This document shows positions 37,029 through 47,525 of a DNA stretch of 64,000 bases, one piece after another (within the stretch, counting starts at the first letter, position 1; each line of letters opens with the position of its first letter). Under the pieces are notes generated by a model. The model saw only the letters and a program-made list of their open reading frames with translations, did not search any database and was not told the origin of the DNA. The stretch covers positions 110-64,109 of the forward strand of contig CAYNFS010000003.1 of the NCBI GenBank assembly GCA_964396685.1, in the 5' to 3' direction. Made by a program: the position numbers and the translations under genes. This DNA comes from an uncultured Candidatus Saccharibacteria bacterium (GTDB lineage Bacteria; Patescibacteriota; Doudnabacteria; UBA920; 2-01-FULL-46-14).

Positions 37029-38174
37029 ATGATTAATGGAATAGAAAAGCAAATTTTTGAAGCGGTTAATAAAGCCAACCGAGTGCTGGTGGTTTTGCCT
37101 GCTAATCCGAATGGAGATGCTTTGGGCTCGGGCTTGGCTTTTTTTGATTTTTTAAGAAAACTCGACAAACAGCCGGAGATCATCTGTGCGGCCGCCGATC
37201 TTGCGGCTTTTAATTTTTTGCCGAAACTCAAGGAAATAAAGAGAGAATTGGAGGTTTCACAAAGTTTCGTGATTTCCTTACAGACGGAAAATGCAAAGCT
37301 TGACGAGCTGTCTTACGAAGTCAAGCCCGACCGGGTGGATATTTTTGTCAAACCCAAAAGCGGCAAATTTACTACTCAAGACGTCTCTTTCAAGAGTGCC
37401 AAATTTCCCTATGACCTGATCGTAACTTTGGACTGCCCGAGCCTAGAGCATTTGGGGGAGATTTACGAAAAAAACACTGACCTGTTTTTTGAGACGGCAG
37501 TGATTAATATCGACCACCATCCTTCAAATGAACATTACGGGGAGATAAACCACGTTGATTTGGCGGCCACCTCCACGGCTGAAATTTTAACGATCTTGAT
37601 CCAAGACTATGAGGCTTCTTTGATTGATGAAAATATTGCCACTAATTTGCTAACCGGTATTATTGTCGAGACGAATAGTTTCCAGCATATCAAGACCACG
37701 CCTCAAGCGTTTCTTATGGCCTCTAATCTGATAGCCCAAGGCGGCAAACATCAGGAAATCATCCGGCAGATTTACAAAACCAAGCACATCCCTCTTTTGA
37801 AGTTATGGGGAAGGGCCTTGGCCAGGCTTAAAGAAATCCCGGATCTTAAGCTTGCTTATTCTTTGGTAAACTTCACAGACCTGGAGAAGTCAGGAAGCAC
37901 CACCCCGGACGTTTTAGGTGTCATGAGAGAGCTTGTAGCAAACCTGGTCGGACACAAAATTATTTTGCTTTTGGCCGAAGTCTCCCCCCAAAAGGTTGTC
38001 GGCTATTTGCATTTTCATCCCAGCGTCAAATCCCAAGTTGTAATTTCTGCGCTTTCTGGCCAAATGCTAAACGGTTCTTTAGGAACCTTCCACGTAGCAG
38101 GACGAGGGGTTTTGGAGATTGAGAAAGATGTGTTGGAACAACTTGCCAAAATCAAAGAACAAATTATTGTTTAA
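37029..38174 (+). CDS. DHH-family phosphoesterase-like protein
   Basis: NPNGDALGS, TLDC, NIDHH, LLTGIIVETNSF; first metal motif degenerate. Confidence 0.82.
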   Translation: MINGIEKQIFEAVNKANRVLVVLPANPNGDALGSGLAFFDFLRKLDKQPEIICAAADLAAFNFLPKLKEIKRELEVSQSFVISLQTENAKLDELSYEVKPDRVDIFVKPKSGKFTTQDVSFKSAKFPYDLIVTLDCPSLEHLGEIYEKNTDLFFETAVINIDHHPSNEHYGEINHVDLAATSTAEILTILIQDYEASLIDENIATNLLTGIIVETNSFQHIKTTPQAFLMASNLIAQGGKHQEIIRQIYKTKHIPLLKLWGRALARLKEIPDLKLAYSLVNFTDLEKSGSTTPDVLGVMRELVANLVGHKIILLLAEVSPQKVVGYLHFHPSVKSQVVISALSGQMLNGSLGTFHVAGRGVLEIEKDVLEQLAKIKEQIIV

Positions 38175-38224
38175 GAGCCAAGTTTGTTATAATACAGGAA
38201 GTTGCTTAATCACGAAGAAACAAA

Positions 38225-39892
38225 ATGGCACAGCCAACCTTGGGGGGAGACGAACTTGGCAAGGGCGCTAAGATTCGGCAGGTCTTCGCCTCCTTGAATC
38301 GCAAGTTTGAGGAACAGGAAACGCAGCGTCGGGCGGCAAAATTAAGCATGCCTTATTTTTCGCTGACCGGTTTTCCAATTGATGAACAAACTTTGAGTAT
38401 TGTTCCTAAAGAGCAGGCAGAGACTGCCCTCACTATTCCTTTTTATAAAGAAGGGCCGCTGGTTAGGTTGGGGGTTGTTGATGCCAAAAACTTGGAGCTC
38501 AAAAAAATTTTGGAAGAAATGACTCATCAGAAGTATCAAATCGAATTATACCTTGTCTCCGAGACAAGCTTCGACAGCGCTCTGCAGCAGTACAAAAAGG
38601 TTGTCCATGCCACACCCCGGCGCAGTTATGAGGTGCCAATAGCGGCGGGGCCTGAAGTTTTGGAACAATTTAGAGGGCTGTCAAGTCTGGGCGAAGAACT
38701 TTTGGAGATGCCCGCAACCCGCCTTTTGAATTTAATCCTCGGAGCGGCTGTGGCCATGAGCTCCTCGGATGTTCATATTGAGCCGGAGAAAAGCGACATC
38801 AAAATCCGATTCCGCGTCGACGGCGTCTTGCAAAACATGTCCAGTTTGCCTCTGAAACTTCAACATGTTTTGCTTTCTCGCATCAAGCTTCTTTCCGGCA
38901 TGAAGTTAAACGTGACGACCATTGCACAGGATGGGAGATTCTCGGTGAAGCTTGCAGACCGAACCTTGGATTTAAGGGTTTCCGCACTTCCCTCTGCGCA
39001 CGGCGAGACTATCGTCATGAGACTTTTGGGTTTGCAGGAAGTAGGGCTGAATTTAACAAATCTGGGATTGCGGGGTTTGGCGCTTACGGTGATTGAGCGG
39101 GAACTCAAAAAACCCAACGGTATGACCTTGACCACCGGTCCGACCGGTTCCGGGAAAACCACTACCTTGTACGCTTTTTTAAACCTTCTGAATAAACCGG
39201 GGGTTAAGATAATTACGTTGGAGGATCCGGTCGAGTATCAGCTTGCGGGCGTCATCCAAACTCCCATTGACCGTTCCGCAGGCATGGATTTTGCCAAAGG
39301 CTTGCGTTCGATCCTGCGCCAAGATCCGGATATTATTATGGTGGGAGAGATACGCGATTATGAGACTGCGGAAACCGCGGCGCAAGCAGCGCTTACCGGA
39401 CATGTCGTGCTTTCCACCATGCACACCAATGATGCGGCGGGTGCTATTCCGCGGTTGCTGGATCTGGGAGTAAAACCGGTCACTTTAGCCCCGGCGCTCA
39501 CCGCTTTGATCGCCCAGCGGCTTTTGCGCAAAATCTGCACAGATTGCAAAAAGCCCTATCGCCCGACCGAGCCGGAGCTTAAAAGAGTCAAGCAGATTTT
39601 AGGAAGAATGCCCAGCTCCTCGGGTTTGAAAATTCCCGAACATTTAACATTCTGGCGAAGCTTAGGCTGTGAGAAATGCCATCATTTGGGATATCGCGGC
39701 CGCATTGGCGTATTCGAGGCATTCGCCGTGGATGATCCGATAGAACGTCTGATTTTTAACCAAGCTTCAACCAATGACATCAAAAAAGCAGCACAAGCTT
39801 CCGGCATGGTTACCATGCAACAAGACGGAATTTTTAAGGCCCTGGAAGGGATTACTGATCTTTCTGAAGTGTGGCGCGTAACAGAGGAGTAA
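38225..39892 (+). CDS. PilB/GspE-family pilus assembly ATPase
   Basis: SDVHIEP, GPTGSGKTTTLY, TLEDPVEY, LRQDPD, STMHTND, two CxxC. Confidence 0.95.
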   Translation: MAQPTLGGDELGKGAKIRQVFASLNRKFEEQETQRRAAKLSMPYFSLTGFPIDEQTLSIVPKEQAETALTIPFYKEGPLVRLGVVDAKNLELKKILEEMTHQKYQIELYLVSETSFDSALQQYKKVVHATPRRSYEVPIAAGPEVLEQFRGLSSLGEELLEMPATRLLNLILGAAVAMSSSDVHIEPEKSDIKIRFRVDGVLQNMSSLPLKLQHVLLSRIKLLSGMKLNVTTIAQDGRFSVKLADRTLDLRVSALPSAHGETIVMRLLGLQEVGLNLTNLGLRGLALTVIERELKKPNGMTLTTGPTGSGKTTTLYAFLNLLNKPGVKIITLEDPVEYQLAGVIQTPIDRSAGMDFAKGLRSILRQDPDIIMVGEIRDYETAETAAQAALTGHVVLSTMHTNDAAGAIPRLLDLGVKPVTLAPALTALIAQRLLRKICTDCKKPYRPTEPELKRVKQILGRMPSSSGLKIPEHLTFWRSLGCEKCHHLGYRGRIGVFEAFAVDDPIERLIFNQASTNDIKKAAQASGMVTMQQDGIFKALEGITDLSEVWRVTEE

Positions 39893-39900
39893 GAAAGGGT

Positions 39901-40746
39901 ATGAAGAGTTTTTTTGGGATTATATTTCTGGTCTTGGTCCTAGCCGGAATTTTTGTTTATGCCGAGAAGATCAACCATCTGGTTTTTAAGCTTCCGGAAC
40001 TTCAAGACCAGCTTCAAGATGTCTCAAAACCCGAGGTTATCAGCCCTCCGCCGCTCAGATCTTTTAAAAGCGAACCCGCGGCAAATCTGATCGGAAGCGG
40101 CATTGTCTTTTGGACGAATCAATATCGGACGGAAAACGGGCTTCCGGAGCTTAATGAAAATGTTGAGCTTAATGCCGCGGCCTTAACTAAAGCTAAAGAC
40201 ATGTTGAACCGGCAATATTTTGCGCATGTCTCCCCGACTGGAGAGGACGCCTCGGATTTGTCCAAGGCCCAAGGTTACGAATTTGTTTTGATTGGGGAAA
40301 ATCTGGCCAGCGGCAATTTTGCCGGAGACGCAGACTTGGTTCAAGCCTGGATGGAAAGCCCCGGCCACAGGGAAAATATTTTGAATACCCGCTATCAGGA
40401 TATTGGGGCGGGGGTTGTGAGAGGGCAATTTGAGGGACAAACCGCTTGGCTGGCCGTACAGATTTTCGGCCTGCCTTTGTCTGCCTGCCCCCAACCGAAT
40501 CAAGCCCTTAAGGTCCAGATTGAGGCAAACGAAGAAACCTTGGATCAACTGCAAGCAACCCTGGATCTTATTCGTCAAGAAATTGAGAACACAAGCCCCA
40601 AACGCGGCCCGGCATATAATCAAAAAGTTGAGGAATACAACGTTTTAGCCAAGGAGTATAATGATTTAATTCGGCAAACCCAGGCCTTGATAAACCAGTA
40701 TAACGGACAGGTTAGTGCCTTCAATCAATGTGTTGTGGTAAAATAA
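39901..40746 (+). CDS. CAP/SCP-domain membrane protein
   Basis: YFAHVSP, GENLA, WMESPGHRENIL; C-terminal coiled coil. Confidence 0.9.
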   Translation: MKSFFGIIFLVLVLAGIFVYAEKINHLVFKLPELQDQLQDVSKPEVISPPPLRSFKSEPAANLIGSGIVFWTNQYRTENGLPELNENVELNAAALTKAKDMLNRQYFAHVSPTGEDASDLSKAQGYEFVLIGENLASGNFAGDADLVQAWMESPGHRENILNTRYQDIGAGVVRGQFEGQTAWLAVQIFGLPLSACPQPNQALKVQIEANEETLDQLQATLDLIRQEIENTSPKRGPAYNQKVEEYNVLAKEYNDLIRQTQALINQYNGQVSAFNQCVVVK

Positions 40747-40811
40747 ACAAGAGGACTTGGTCGAGCCTCTGTGGCGATATAATAATTAAGGAACCAAAAT
40801 TGAACAATTCA

Positions 40812-41108
40812 ATGAAGTTTGATTTTCAAACATGGCTGGTGATTGGTTTAGCCGTTGCTCTAATTGGAATTTTTGCGGCTGATCAGTTTGGGGGCGCCCC
40901 CTCAACCTCAATGTCTCCCGGTAAAATTACCCAAACTAAAATGCCTGAACCAACTGGCCGCGTTTCGGACACAGCCTCCGCTTTACTTAAGGCTTCGGCT
41001 GATGAACAAACCGAATTTTCTGAAGCGCAGACCGAGCTTGAACTTTTGAGCGCTGACAGTCAAGCGATTGACGATTTTGGCCAAGTAGTAAGAGATGATG
41101 AATTCTAG
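40812..41108 (+). CDS. single-TM hypothetical protein
   Basis: ATG 40812, N-terminal TM, acidic tail. Confidence 0.65.
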   Translation: MKFDFQTWLVIGLAVALIGIFAADQFGGAPSTSMSPGKITQTKMPEPTGRVSDTASALLKASADEQTEFSEAQTELELLSADSQAIDDFGQVVRDDEF

Positions 41109-41850
41109 AATTGTGTCAAAAAAACCAATTTGTTTGGTTTTGCTTGTCGGCTTACTGGCACCACTCCTCGCTGTTGCCCAAAGGGACACTTCAAGAATCA
41201 CGAGAGTTAATACTTGCGCCAGAGTTACAGAAGTTTTCGCGAAACTTGATCAGCGATTTAGCGAAAGACAAGCAAGACTTGAGGAAAGGCGAGCCGAGCG
41301 GCAAACTGAACTTGAAGAACGCAGAACCTTAAGGCTTGAAAGAAGGCAGGAGCGCCGGACGCGCTGGGACGAAAATCGCGACGAGCATTTTCAAAAGCTG
41401 GAAGAGCGGGCCGAAACTGACGCGCAAAAGCAAGCGGTTTTGGATTTTGAAACGGCCCTCAATGACGCAATTGCCGCAAGGCGCGTTTCTATGGCAAATG
41501 CTATTGAGACTTTCAGGCAAGACGTGCAAAATGCGATAGCCGCCAGGAAAGCGGCGACAGACGCCGCAGTCAAAACTTTCCGCGCAGCGGTTAAGACCGC
41601 GCTTGAACGGGCCAAAGCTGACTGTGCCGCAGGCGTTAATGCCGAGACGGTGAGAGCCAATCTCAAAGCGGATTTACAGGCCGCTAGGCAGAAATTTGAG
41701 CAGGATCGGCAGACGATTGAAAAATTGCGCGATGCGCTAAAGCCGGTAATTGAGACCAGAAAAGCGGCGATTGAGCAGGCTCACCAGGATTTCAAAGGGG
41801 CAATAGAAGCGGCGCGGGCGGCGCTGGAAGCAGTACTTGGCAGCAGCTAA
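41095..41850 (+). CDS. secreted coiled-coil protein
   Basis: Signal-peptide-like start; A/E/R/K-rich helices; two distant Cys. Confidence 0.75.
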   Translation: MMNSRIVSKKPICLVLLVGLLAPLLAVAQRDTSRITRVNTCARVTEVFAKLDQRFSERQARLEERRAERQTELEERRTLRLERRQERRTRWDENRDEHFQKLEERAETDAQKQAVLDFETALNDAIAARRVSMANAIETFRQDVQNAIAARKAATDAAVKTFRAAVKTALERAKADCAAGVNAETVRANLKADLQAARQKFEQDRQTIEKLRDALKPVIETRKAAIEQAHQDFKGAIEAARAALEAVLGSS

Positions 41851-41868
41851 GGCTGGTTTTGCAAAATT

Positions 41869-42189
41869 ATGATTAGCTTTGAAGAATTTCAAAGACTTGA
41901 TTTGCGCGTCGGCAAAATCATAGAGGCTTCCAGAATTGAAGGTTCGGAGAAACTCGTCAAACTTGAGGTTGATTTGGGGCAGGAGCAGCGCCAGCTTGTA
42001 GCCGGTATTGGGCAAGATTACGCGCCAGAAGAATTGATAGGCCGGGTCATTGTTGTAGTGGCTAATCTCGAATCCAGAAATCTTATGGGAATTGAATCCC
42101 AAGGTATGCTTTTGGCCGTGGATTCGGAATCAGGGCCGGTGCTTTTGATGCCGGACAAACCCGTGCCGGCGGGAAGCAAAATTCGGTAA
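41869..42189 (+). CDS. stand-alone tRNA-binding OB-fold protein (MetRS C-terminal/Trbp111-like)
   Basis: FQRLDLRVGKI, RQLVAGI, VANLE, ESQGMLLA. Confidence 0.92.
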   Translation: MISFEEFQRLDLRVGKIIEASRIEGSEKLVKLEVDLGQEQRQLVAGIGQDYAPEELIGRVIVVVANLESRNLMGIESQGMLLAVDSESGPVLLMPDKPVPAGSKIR

Positions 42190-42197
42190 TCAACAAT

Positions 42198-44156
42198 ATG
42201 ATTGGGACAGAAAAGCTGCAAAAGTTAGCAAAGCTTATCCGCTATTTTATTTTAACTTCAACCACTGAAGCAGGTTCGGGGCACCCGACTTCGTCGCTGT
42301 CTGCGGTTGAATTGATGGCGGCCCTGCTTTTTGGCGGGTTTTTTCGTTTTGATTTGGACAATCCAGCGCACCCAAACAATGATCGGTTGATTTTCAGCAA
42401 AGGCCACGCTTCGCCGCTTTTTTATTCTTTATGGGCCGCTGCCGGCAGGGTTTCCGAGCAAGAGCTTTTGACCTTTCGGAAATTTGGGAGCCCTTTGGAA
42501 GGGCATCCCACGCCAGCTTTTGTATACACAGAGGCCGCCACTGGCTCACTTGGCCAAGGCTTATCAATTGGCGCAGGAATGGCGCTCAACGCCAAGCTTG
42601 ATAATTTGGCTTATAGAACTTTTGTATTGTTAGGAGATAGTGAAATGGCCGAGGGTTCTGTGTGGGAGGCCGTGCAAATCGCGGCGCATTATAAACTTAA
42701 TAATTTAATCGGGATTTTGGATGTGAATCGTTTGGGGCAAAGGGGCGAGACTATGTATGGACACGACATAAAGGCCTATGAGAAAAGGATTAAGTCTTTC
42801 GGATGGGAGACGATCGTAATAGAGGACGGGCATAATTTTCGCCAAATTTTAGAGGCCTTTCAATTTCTAATTTCTAATGACGAATTTTTAAACAAATCCC
42901 AAGTCCCAAATTCCAAACCAGTTATGGTTATAGCGAAAACAATCAAGGGCAAGGGCGTATCGTTTCTTGAGAATAAAGACGGGTGGCATGGGAAAGCGTT
43001 GCCCGCCGAAGATCTACCAAAGGCGTTAGCAGAGCTGGGAGAGATTGATAAAGGCACTCGCGGGGAAGTGGGCAAACCTGAATCGGCGGGAATTTCTAAA
43101 TCCAAATTTCTAATTTCTAAACAAGCACCAAAATACCAAATACCAAATACTAAATACGATCCCGGTAAACCCGTGGCGACGAGGAGGGCTTATGGGAATG
43201 CATTGGTCAATATCGCCGAGGTTTTCCCAAATCTTGTGGTGCTGGACGGCGAGGTTTCCAATTCGACCTATGCCGAGATTTTCAAAAAAGCTTATCCCGA
43301 GCGGTTTTTTGAGATGTTTATCGCCGAGCAGAATATGGTCGGCGTGGCGCTTGGGCTTTCGCGCCGTGGGAAAATTCCTTTTGTTTCAAGCTTCGCCGCG
43401 TTTCTCACGCGGGCTTTTGATCAAATTAGGATGTCGCAATATAGTGAGGCCAACCTCCACCCTGTTAAATCCGCCGAAGGCGGGGCTGCTTTGCAGCCAT
43501 TTAACGGGGTAAAGTTCTGCGGATCTCATGCTGGCGTTTCAATCGGCGAGGACGGGGCAAGCCAAATGGGGCTTGAGGATATTGCGATGTTTCGGACTAT
43601 ATTAAGCAGTATTATTTTGTATCCTTCGGACGCTGTTTCTTGCGAGAGACTGGTGGAGGAGGCGGCAAAACACAAAGGAATGGTTTATATTAGAACAACG
43701 CGCAAAGACACCTCGATTATTTACGAACCCAGTGAAGAATTTAAGATCGGCGGCTCAAAAATACTTAGACAATCAACCCACGATCGTGGGACAGTTGTCG
43801 CGGCGGGAATTACTTTGCATGAGGCACTCGCGGCGTACGAAGAACTTAAAAAAGAAGGAATCAATATCCGGGTGGTTGATTTATATAGTGTGAAGCCCTT
43901 GGATGTTGAAACGTTGCGGAAAGCGGCGGAAGAGACAAAGGCAATTATCACCGTTGAGGATCATTATTCAGAGGGTGGCATTGGCGAGGCAGTGGATACC
44001 GTTTTGGCACAAATACTAAATACTAAATACAAAATACTAAACTTGGCTGTTCGCAAAATGCCACGCTCCGGAAAGCCCGAGGAACTTTTGAGATATGAGG
44101 AAATAGACAGAAGTGCTATTATTAAGGCAGTAAAAGATTTAATCAGTAATAAGTGA
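42198..44156 (+). CDS. tkt: transketolase
   Basis: SGHPTS, SKGHA, GSLGQG, GDSE...N ThDP motif, IAEQNM, GEDGASQ. Confidence 0.95.
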   Translation: MIGTEKLQKLAKLIRYFILTSTTEAGSGHPTSSLSAVELMAALLFGGFFRFDLDNPAHPNNDRLIFSKGHASPLFYSLWAAAGRVSEQELLTFRKFGSPLEGHPTPAFVYTEAATGSLGQGLSIGAGMALNAKLDNLAYRTFVLLGDSEMAEGSVWEAVQIAAHYKLNNLIGILDVNRLGQRGETMYGHDIKAYEKRIKSFGWETIVIEDGHNFRQILEAFQFLISNDEFLNKSQVPNSKPVMVIAKTIKGKGVSFLENKDGWHGKALPAEDLPKALAELGEIDKGTRGEVGKPESAGISKSKFLISKQAPKYQIPNTKYDPGKPVATRRAYGNALVNIAEVFPNLVVLDGEVSNSTYAEIFKKAYPERFFEMFIAEQNMVGVALGLSRRGKIPFVSSFAAFLTRAFDQIRMSQYSEANLHPVKSAEGGAALQPFNGVKFCGSHAGVSIGEDGASQMGLEDIAMFRTILSSIILYPSDAVSCERLVEEAAKHKGMVYIRTTRKDTSIIYEPSEEFKIGGSKILRQSTHDRGTVVAAGITLHEALAAYEELKKEGINIRVVDLYSVKPLDVETLRKAAEETKAIITVEDHYSEGGIGEAVDTVLAQILNTKYKILNLAVRKMPRSGKPEELLRYEEIDRSAIIKAVKDLISNK

Positions 44157-44590
44157 AAAAAATTTCTGAAATAAAAGTTAGTTTCAAGACGTTGCTGTTT
44201 TGGGCATTTTTGATAATCGTATCATTCCTATTATGGTTATATGTGTTAGAGCCGACTTCAATTAATATTACTATCCATGAATATAAATTTCAGGTTGCTG
44301 AAGGGGTTTATGAAGAGGATATAGCAAAATCCCTTGCGGAAGAAGTGTCAAAAATCGTAGGTAAACCCGTGATATTCCAGACGGCTGTATATGTCCCCGA
44401 GATGGTACCGCCGGATCCGGCACGGGCCATTGCTTCTTTTACCGTTTCGAATTACCCCACTGCGTTAAGGTATAAGAAGGCCATCCTATCTTCGCAAGAG
44501 ATTGACCGCCAAGCCCGAATAAAAGTCTCGATAAAGTCTCCTATTATGCATTGGTTAAGTAGAGCAAAATATTGGTTTAAGTATGGTTAA
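44153..44590 (+). CDS. single-TM hypothetical protein
   Basis: 145 aa, coupled to the tkt stop. Confidence 0.65.
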   Translation: MKKISEIKVSFKTLLFWAFLIIVSFLLWLYVLEPTSINITIHEYKFQVAEGVYEEDIAKSLAEEVSKIVGKPVIFQTAVYVPEMVPPDPARAIASFTVSNYPTALRYKKAILSSQEIDRQARIKVSIKSPIMHWLSRAKYWFKYG

Positions 44591-44601
44591 CGGCAATTGA
44601 A

Positions 44602-45555
44602 ATGGACCGAAATTTAGCTCTCGAATTTGTCCGGGTTACAGAAGCGGCCGCGATTGCGGCCGCTAAATGGGTTGGCCGGGGGGACAAGCACGCGGCCGAC
44701 CAAGCGGCGGTGGATGAGATGCGCGCGCGGTTTAACCAAATTGATTTTGCGGGAACGGTTGTGATAGGCGAGGGCAAGAAAGACGAAGCGCCTGAACTTT
44801 ATACGGGTGAAAAAGTCGGTGCGGGCAAAGCCCCGGAAATGGATTTGGCTGTGGATCCGCTGGAAGCAACAGATAGCGTAGCGCACGGCCGTCCCAATGC
44901 CATCTCGGTCATTGCGGCAGGCGCCAAGGGAAGCTTGCTTTCCGCCCCCGATACCTATATGGATAAGCTTGCAGTGGGCCCGAAGGCGAGAAATGCAATT
45001 GATTTAGATGCGCCAGTAGCAGACAATATCCAGAAGACGGCAGAGGCTCTAGGCAAAGAGGTTTCCGAGATTACAGTCATGGTTTTGGACCGGGAGAGGC
45101 ACCAGAAACTTATGAAAGAAATAAGGGCAGTAGGTGCCCGGGTTCGCACAATTACTGATGGCGACGTGGCAGGGGCGATTGCTCCCTCGTTTCCTGATTC
45201 GGGAATCGACATGCTGATGGGTATTGGCGCTTCCACCGAGGGAGTTTTGGCGGCGGTTGCTGTCAAAATTTTGGGCGGGGAACTGTTTTGTCGGTTCAAA
45301 CCAAAAAAACCGGAAGACGAAGAAGCGATTAAGGCAAGCGGAATCAAAGACATCAATCAAATTTTGTCAGCCGAGGACTTAGCCCATGGCAAAACTTTGA
45401 CCTTCACCGCCACCGGAGTAATTGACGGCCCGCTTTTGGAGGGAGTTAGATTTACCAACCGTCACATCATCACTCATTCGGTTGTTATGCGGGCTTTATC
45501 TGGTACAATTAGATACATTACTACGCATCATCATCAGACAAGTAGCAAGTTGTAA
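44602..45555 (+). CDS. glpX: class II fructose-1,6-bisphosphatase
   Basis: VRVTEAAA, VIGEG, AVDPLE, YMDKL, LDRERH, DGDV. Confidence 0.96.
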   Translation: MDRNLALEFVRVTEAAAIAAAKWVGRGDKHAADQAAVDEMRARFNQIDFAGTVVIGEGKKDEAPELYTGEKVGAGKAPEMDLAVDPLEATDSVAHGRPNAISVIAAGAKGSLLSAPDTYMDKLAVGPKARNAIDLDAPVADNIQKTAEALGKEVSEITVMVLDRERHQKLMKEIRAVGARVRTITDGDVAGAIAPSFPDSGIDMLMGIGASTEGVLAAVAVKILGGELFCRFKPKKPEDEEAIKASGIKDINQILSAEDLAHGKTLTFTATGVIDGPLLEGVRFTNRHIITHSVVMRALSGTIRYITTHHHQTSSKL

Positions 45556-45588
45556 GTAGTAAGCAATAAGTTAGGTGGGGAGAAAGTT

Positions 45589-46512
45589 ATGATTCTAAAA
45601 GAGTTAGGCTACAATAAACCGGTTTTCATTCTCGCGTTTGACCATCGCTCATCTTTCTATAAGATGTTTGGCTACAAAGAGCCTCTGACGCCAGAACAGG
45701 CGAAAGAAATCGCGGATGCCAAGTGGCTTGTGTATGAAGGATTCAAAAAAGCGGTTTCGCAAGGGGAGCCGTCAAAAGAGTTTGCCGGAGTTCTGGTGGA
45801 TGAGCAGTTCGGTGACAGGATTCACAGGGACGCGGGCCCCGCGGGTTTTATTCACCTTCTGACCACGGAAAAAAGCGGTCAGGACGAGTTTGATTTTGAG
45901 CATGGGGAGCAATTTGGCGAGCACATAGAGAAGTACAAACCCAATTTCGCCAAAGTTTTGATTCGCTATAATCCAGAAGGAGACAAAGAGCTGAACGCTC
46001 GGCAAAGAGAAAGGCTTCGGATTTTGGGCGACTGGTGTCATGAACAAGGATATAAATTTTTGATCGAACCCCTGATTCCAGCGACTCCCCGGCAGCTGGA
46101 AAGCGTTGGCGGTGACGAAAAGCGTTACGATACAGAACTTCGTTACAAACTGATGGCCCAAATGATCAAAGAGCTGCAAGAGGGCGGCGTTGAGCCGGAC
46201 GTCTGGAAGATCGAAGGGCTGGAAGACGCTAAGCAGTATGAAGCGGTTATAGCGCAAGCTCAATCAGGCGGCAGAGAAAATGTCAAAGCCGTGGTACTAG
46301 GCCGAGGGGCTGACCCGGGACAGGTTGAGCGTTGGCTTCAGGCTGGGGCAAAAGTTTCCGGGATTATCGGCTTTGCCATCGGCCGAACGATTTTCCGCGA
46401 TGCCTTGGAAGGTTTGAAGGGGGGCAAGCTTACGCGCGAGCAGGCTTCTGCCGAGATTGCCCAAAAATACCAGCATTTCTATAAAGTATTTGTGAACGCT
46501 CAAAATTCTTAA
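45589..46512 (+). CDS. DUF2090/IolC-C-terminal-like class I aldolase
   Basis: LAFDHR, PDVWKIEG (Schiff-base Lys), VVLGRG, GFAIGRTIF. Confidence 0.85.
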   Translation: MILKELGYNKPVFILAFDHRSSFYKMFGYKEPLTPEQAKEIADAKWLVYEGFKKAVSQGEPSKEFAGVLVDEQFGDRIHRDAGPAGFIHLLTTEKSGQDEFDFEHGEQFGEHIEKYKPNFAKVLIRYNPEGDKELNARQRERLRILGDWCHEQGYKFLIEPLIPATPRQLESVGGDEKRYDTELRYKLMAQMIKELQEGGVEPDVWKIEGLEDAKQYEAVIAQAQSGGRENVKAVVLGRGADPGQVERWLQAGAKVSGIIGFAIGRTIFRDALEGLKGGKLTREQASAEIAQKYQHFYKVFVNAQNS

Positions 46513-46524
46513 ATTTTCAAGTAT

Positions 46525-47223
46525 ATGAGCAGAGAATCAGGAGGGGGGACGGCCGCGACACTAGCAAAGGAAGTTTCTCCCGAGCGGCTGGATCAAAAAA
46601 TTTGGGAGCAAAATCTGGAGGAGGCCTTGGCAAACGCTTCCCAGGATTTAAAAGTAGTTAAAAGGAGCGATGCAGAGGGGGCAGTTTATTTTTTGGAAAA
46701 AGCTGGGAAAGCAATAGGCAGATTGCGGCTCTCACCGTTAAAAGGCGGTTTGCTGTGGCAAGGGAAAGAGACTTATGGCGTCGTATTTGAGGTTCCTGGC
46801 AAAGAGGGATCAATGCTGCCGACTTTGAAAGAAGAAAAGCTTGAGAACCTGTCGCAATTTGTAGGAGATTGTCTGGCATTTTTAAAAGGAGTTGGAGATG
46901 AGCCAAAATTAGAAGCCAGGGAAGACAAGCATGAAGTAGCGAATTCGTACAATGATTTGTATCGTTCTTTGGATTATGATCAACAGGCGAGATTGGCAAT
47001 TATTTGGGAGGGGTTGACTGGCGAGAAAAGGAGACGGTCAGCGCATCGCAGGTCAAGGGAACGTTTAGGTGTTCAGGAAGAGCGCTATGTCGATACTGAA
47101 AAGCTTATGGCAGAATTTCGGGAAAAGCTTGGACCGGAGAATAGTAAAAGATTTGATTTATTGCTTGAGCTTTTGGAGAAAAAGAAATCTAGAGACGGCG
47201 AAGCAAAAAGAGCCGCAGCATAA
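46525..47223 (+). CDS. hypothetical charged protein
   Basis: 232-aa ORF in operon orientation. Confidence 0.7.
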   Translation: MSRESGGGTAATLAKEVSPERLDQKIWEQNLEEALANASQDLKVVKRSDAEGAVYFLEKAGKAIGRLRLSPLKGGLLWQGKETYGVVFEVPGKEGSMLPTLKEEKLENLSQFVGDCLAFLKGVGDEPKLEAREDKHEVANSYNDLYRSLDYDQQARLAIIWEGLTGEKRRRSAHRRSRERLGVQEERYVDTEKLMAEFREKLGPENSKRFDLLLELLEKKKSRDGEAKRAAA

Positions 47224-47234
47224 AATATAAAATA

Positions 47235-47525
47235 ATGGAAAGGTTTTTTAGTGAAAGCCATTTCGGAGAAAGTGGTGATCCAGGAGAAGGCGAATATGCA
47301 CTAAGGAAGGAGCGGGAGTCTTTTGAGCTTCTTGCCAGAGTCAAATCAGATCTGGACACTACCCGTTTCACTTTAGAGGATATTCACGAAGTTGTTAGTA
47401 GGCGGTATTCACAGAGGCATCTTGAGACTTTGGCGAGTTTGGGGTTTATTGAATTCAATTCAGAAAATAGCGCTTTCGAGCTTACTCCCAAGGGATATGA
47501 TTGGGAATTAGCAGATGAGCAATGA
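47235..47525 (+). CDS. hypothetical protein (possible winged helix)
   Basis: HLETLASLGFIE...FELTPKG. Confidence 0.6.
   Translation: MERFFSESHFGESGDPGEGEYALRKERESFELLARVKSDLDTTRFTLEDIHEVVSRRYSQRHLETLASLGFIEFNSENSAFELTPKGYDWELADEQ

Noticed and set aside
37029-38174. Novel function for the DHH protein with a degenerate first motif
   Set aside because: Degeneracy alone gives no testable context here; kept only as a feature
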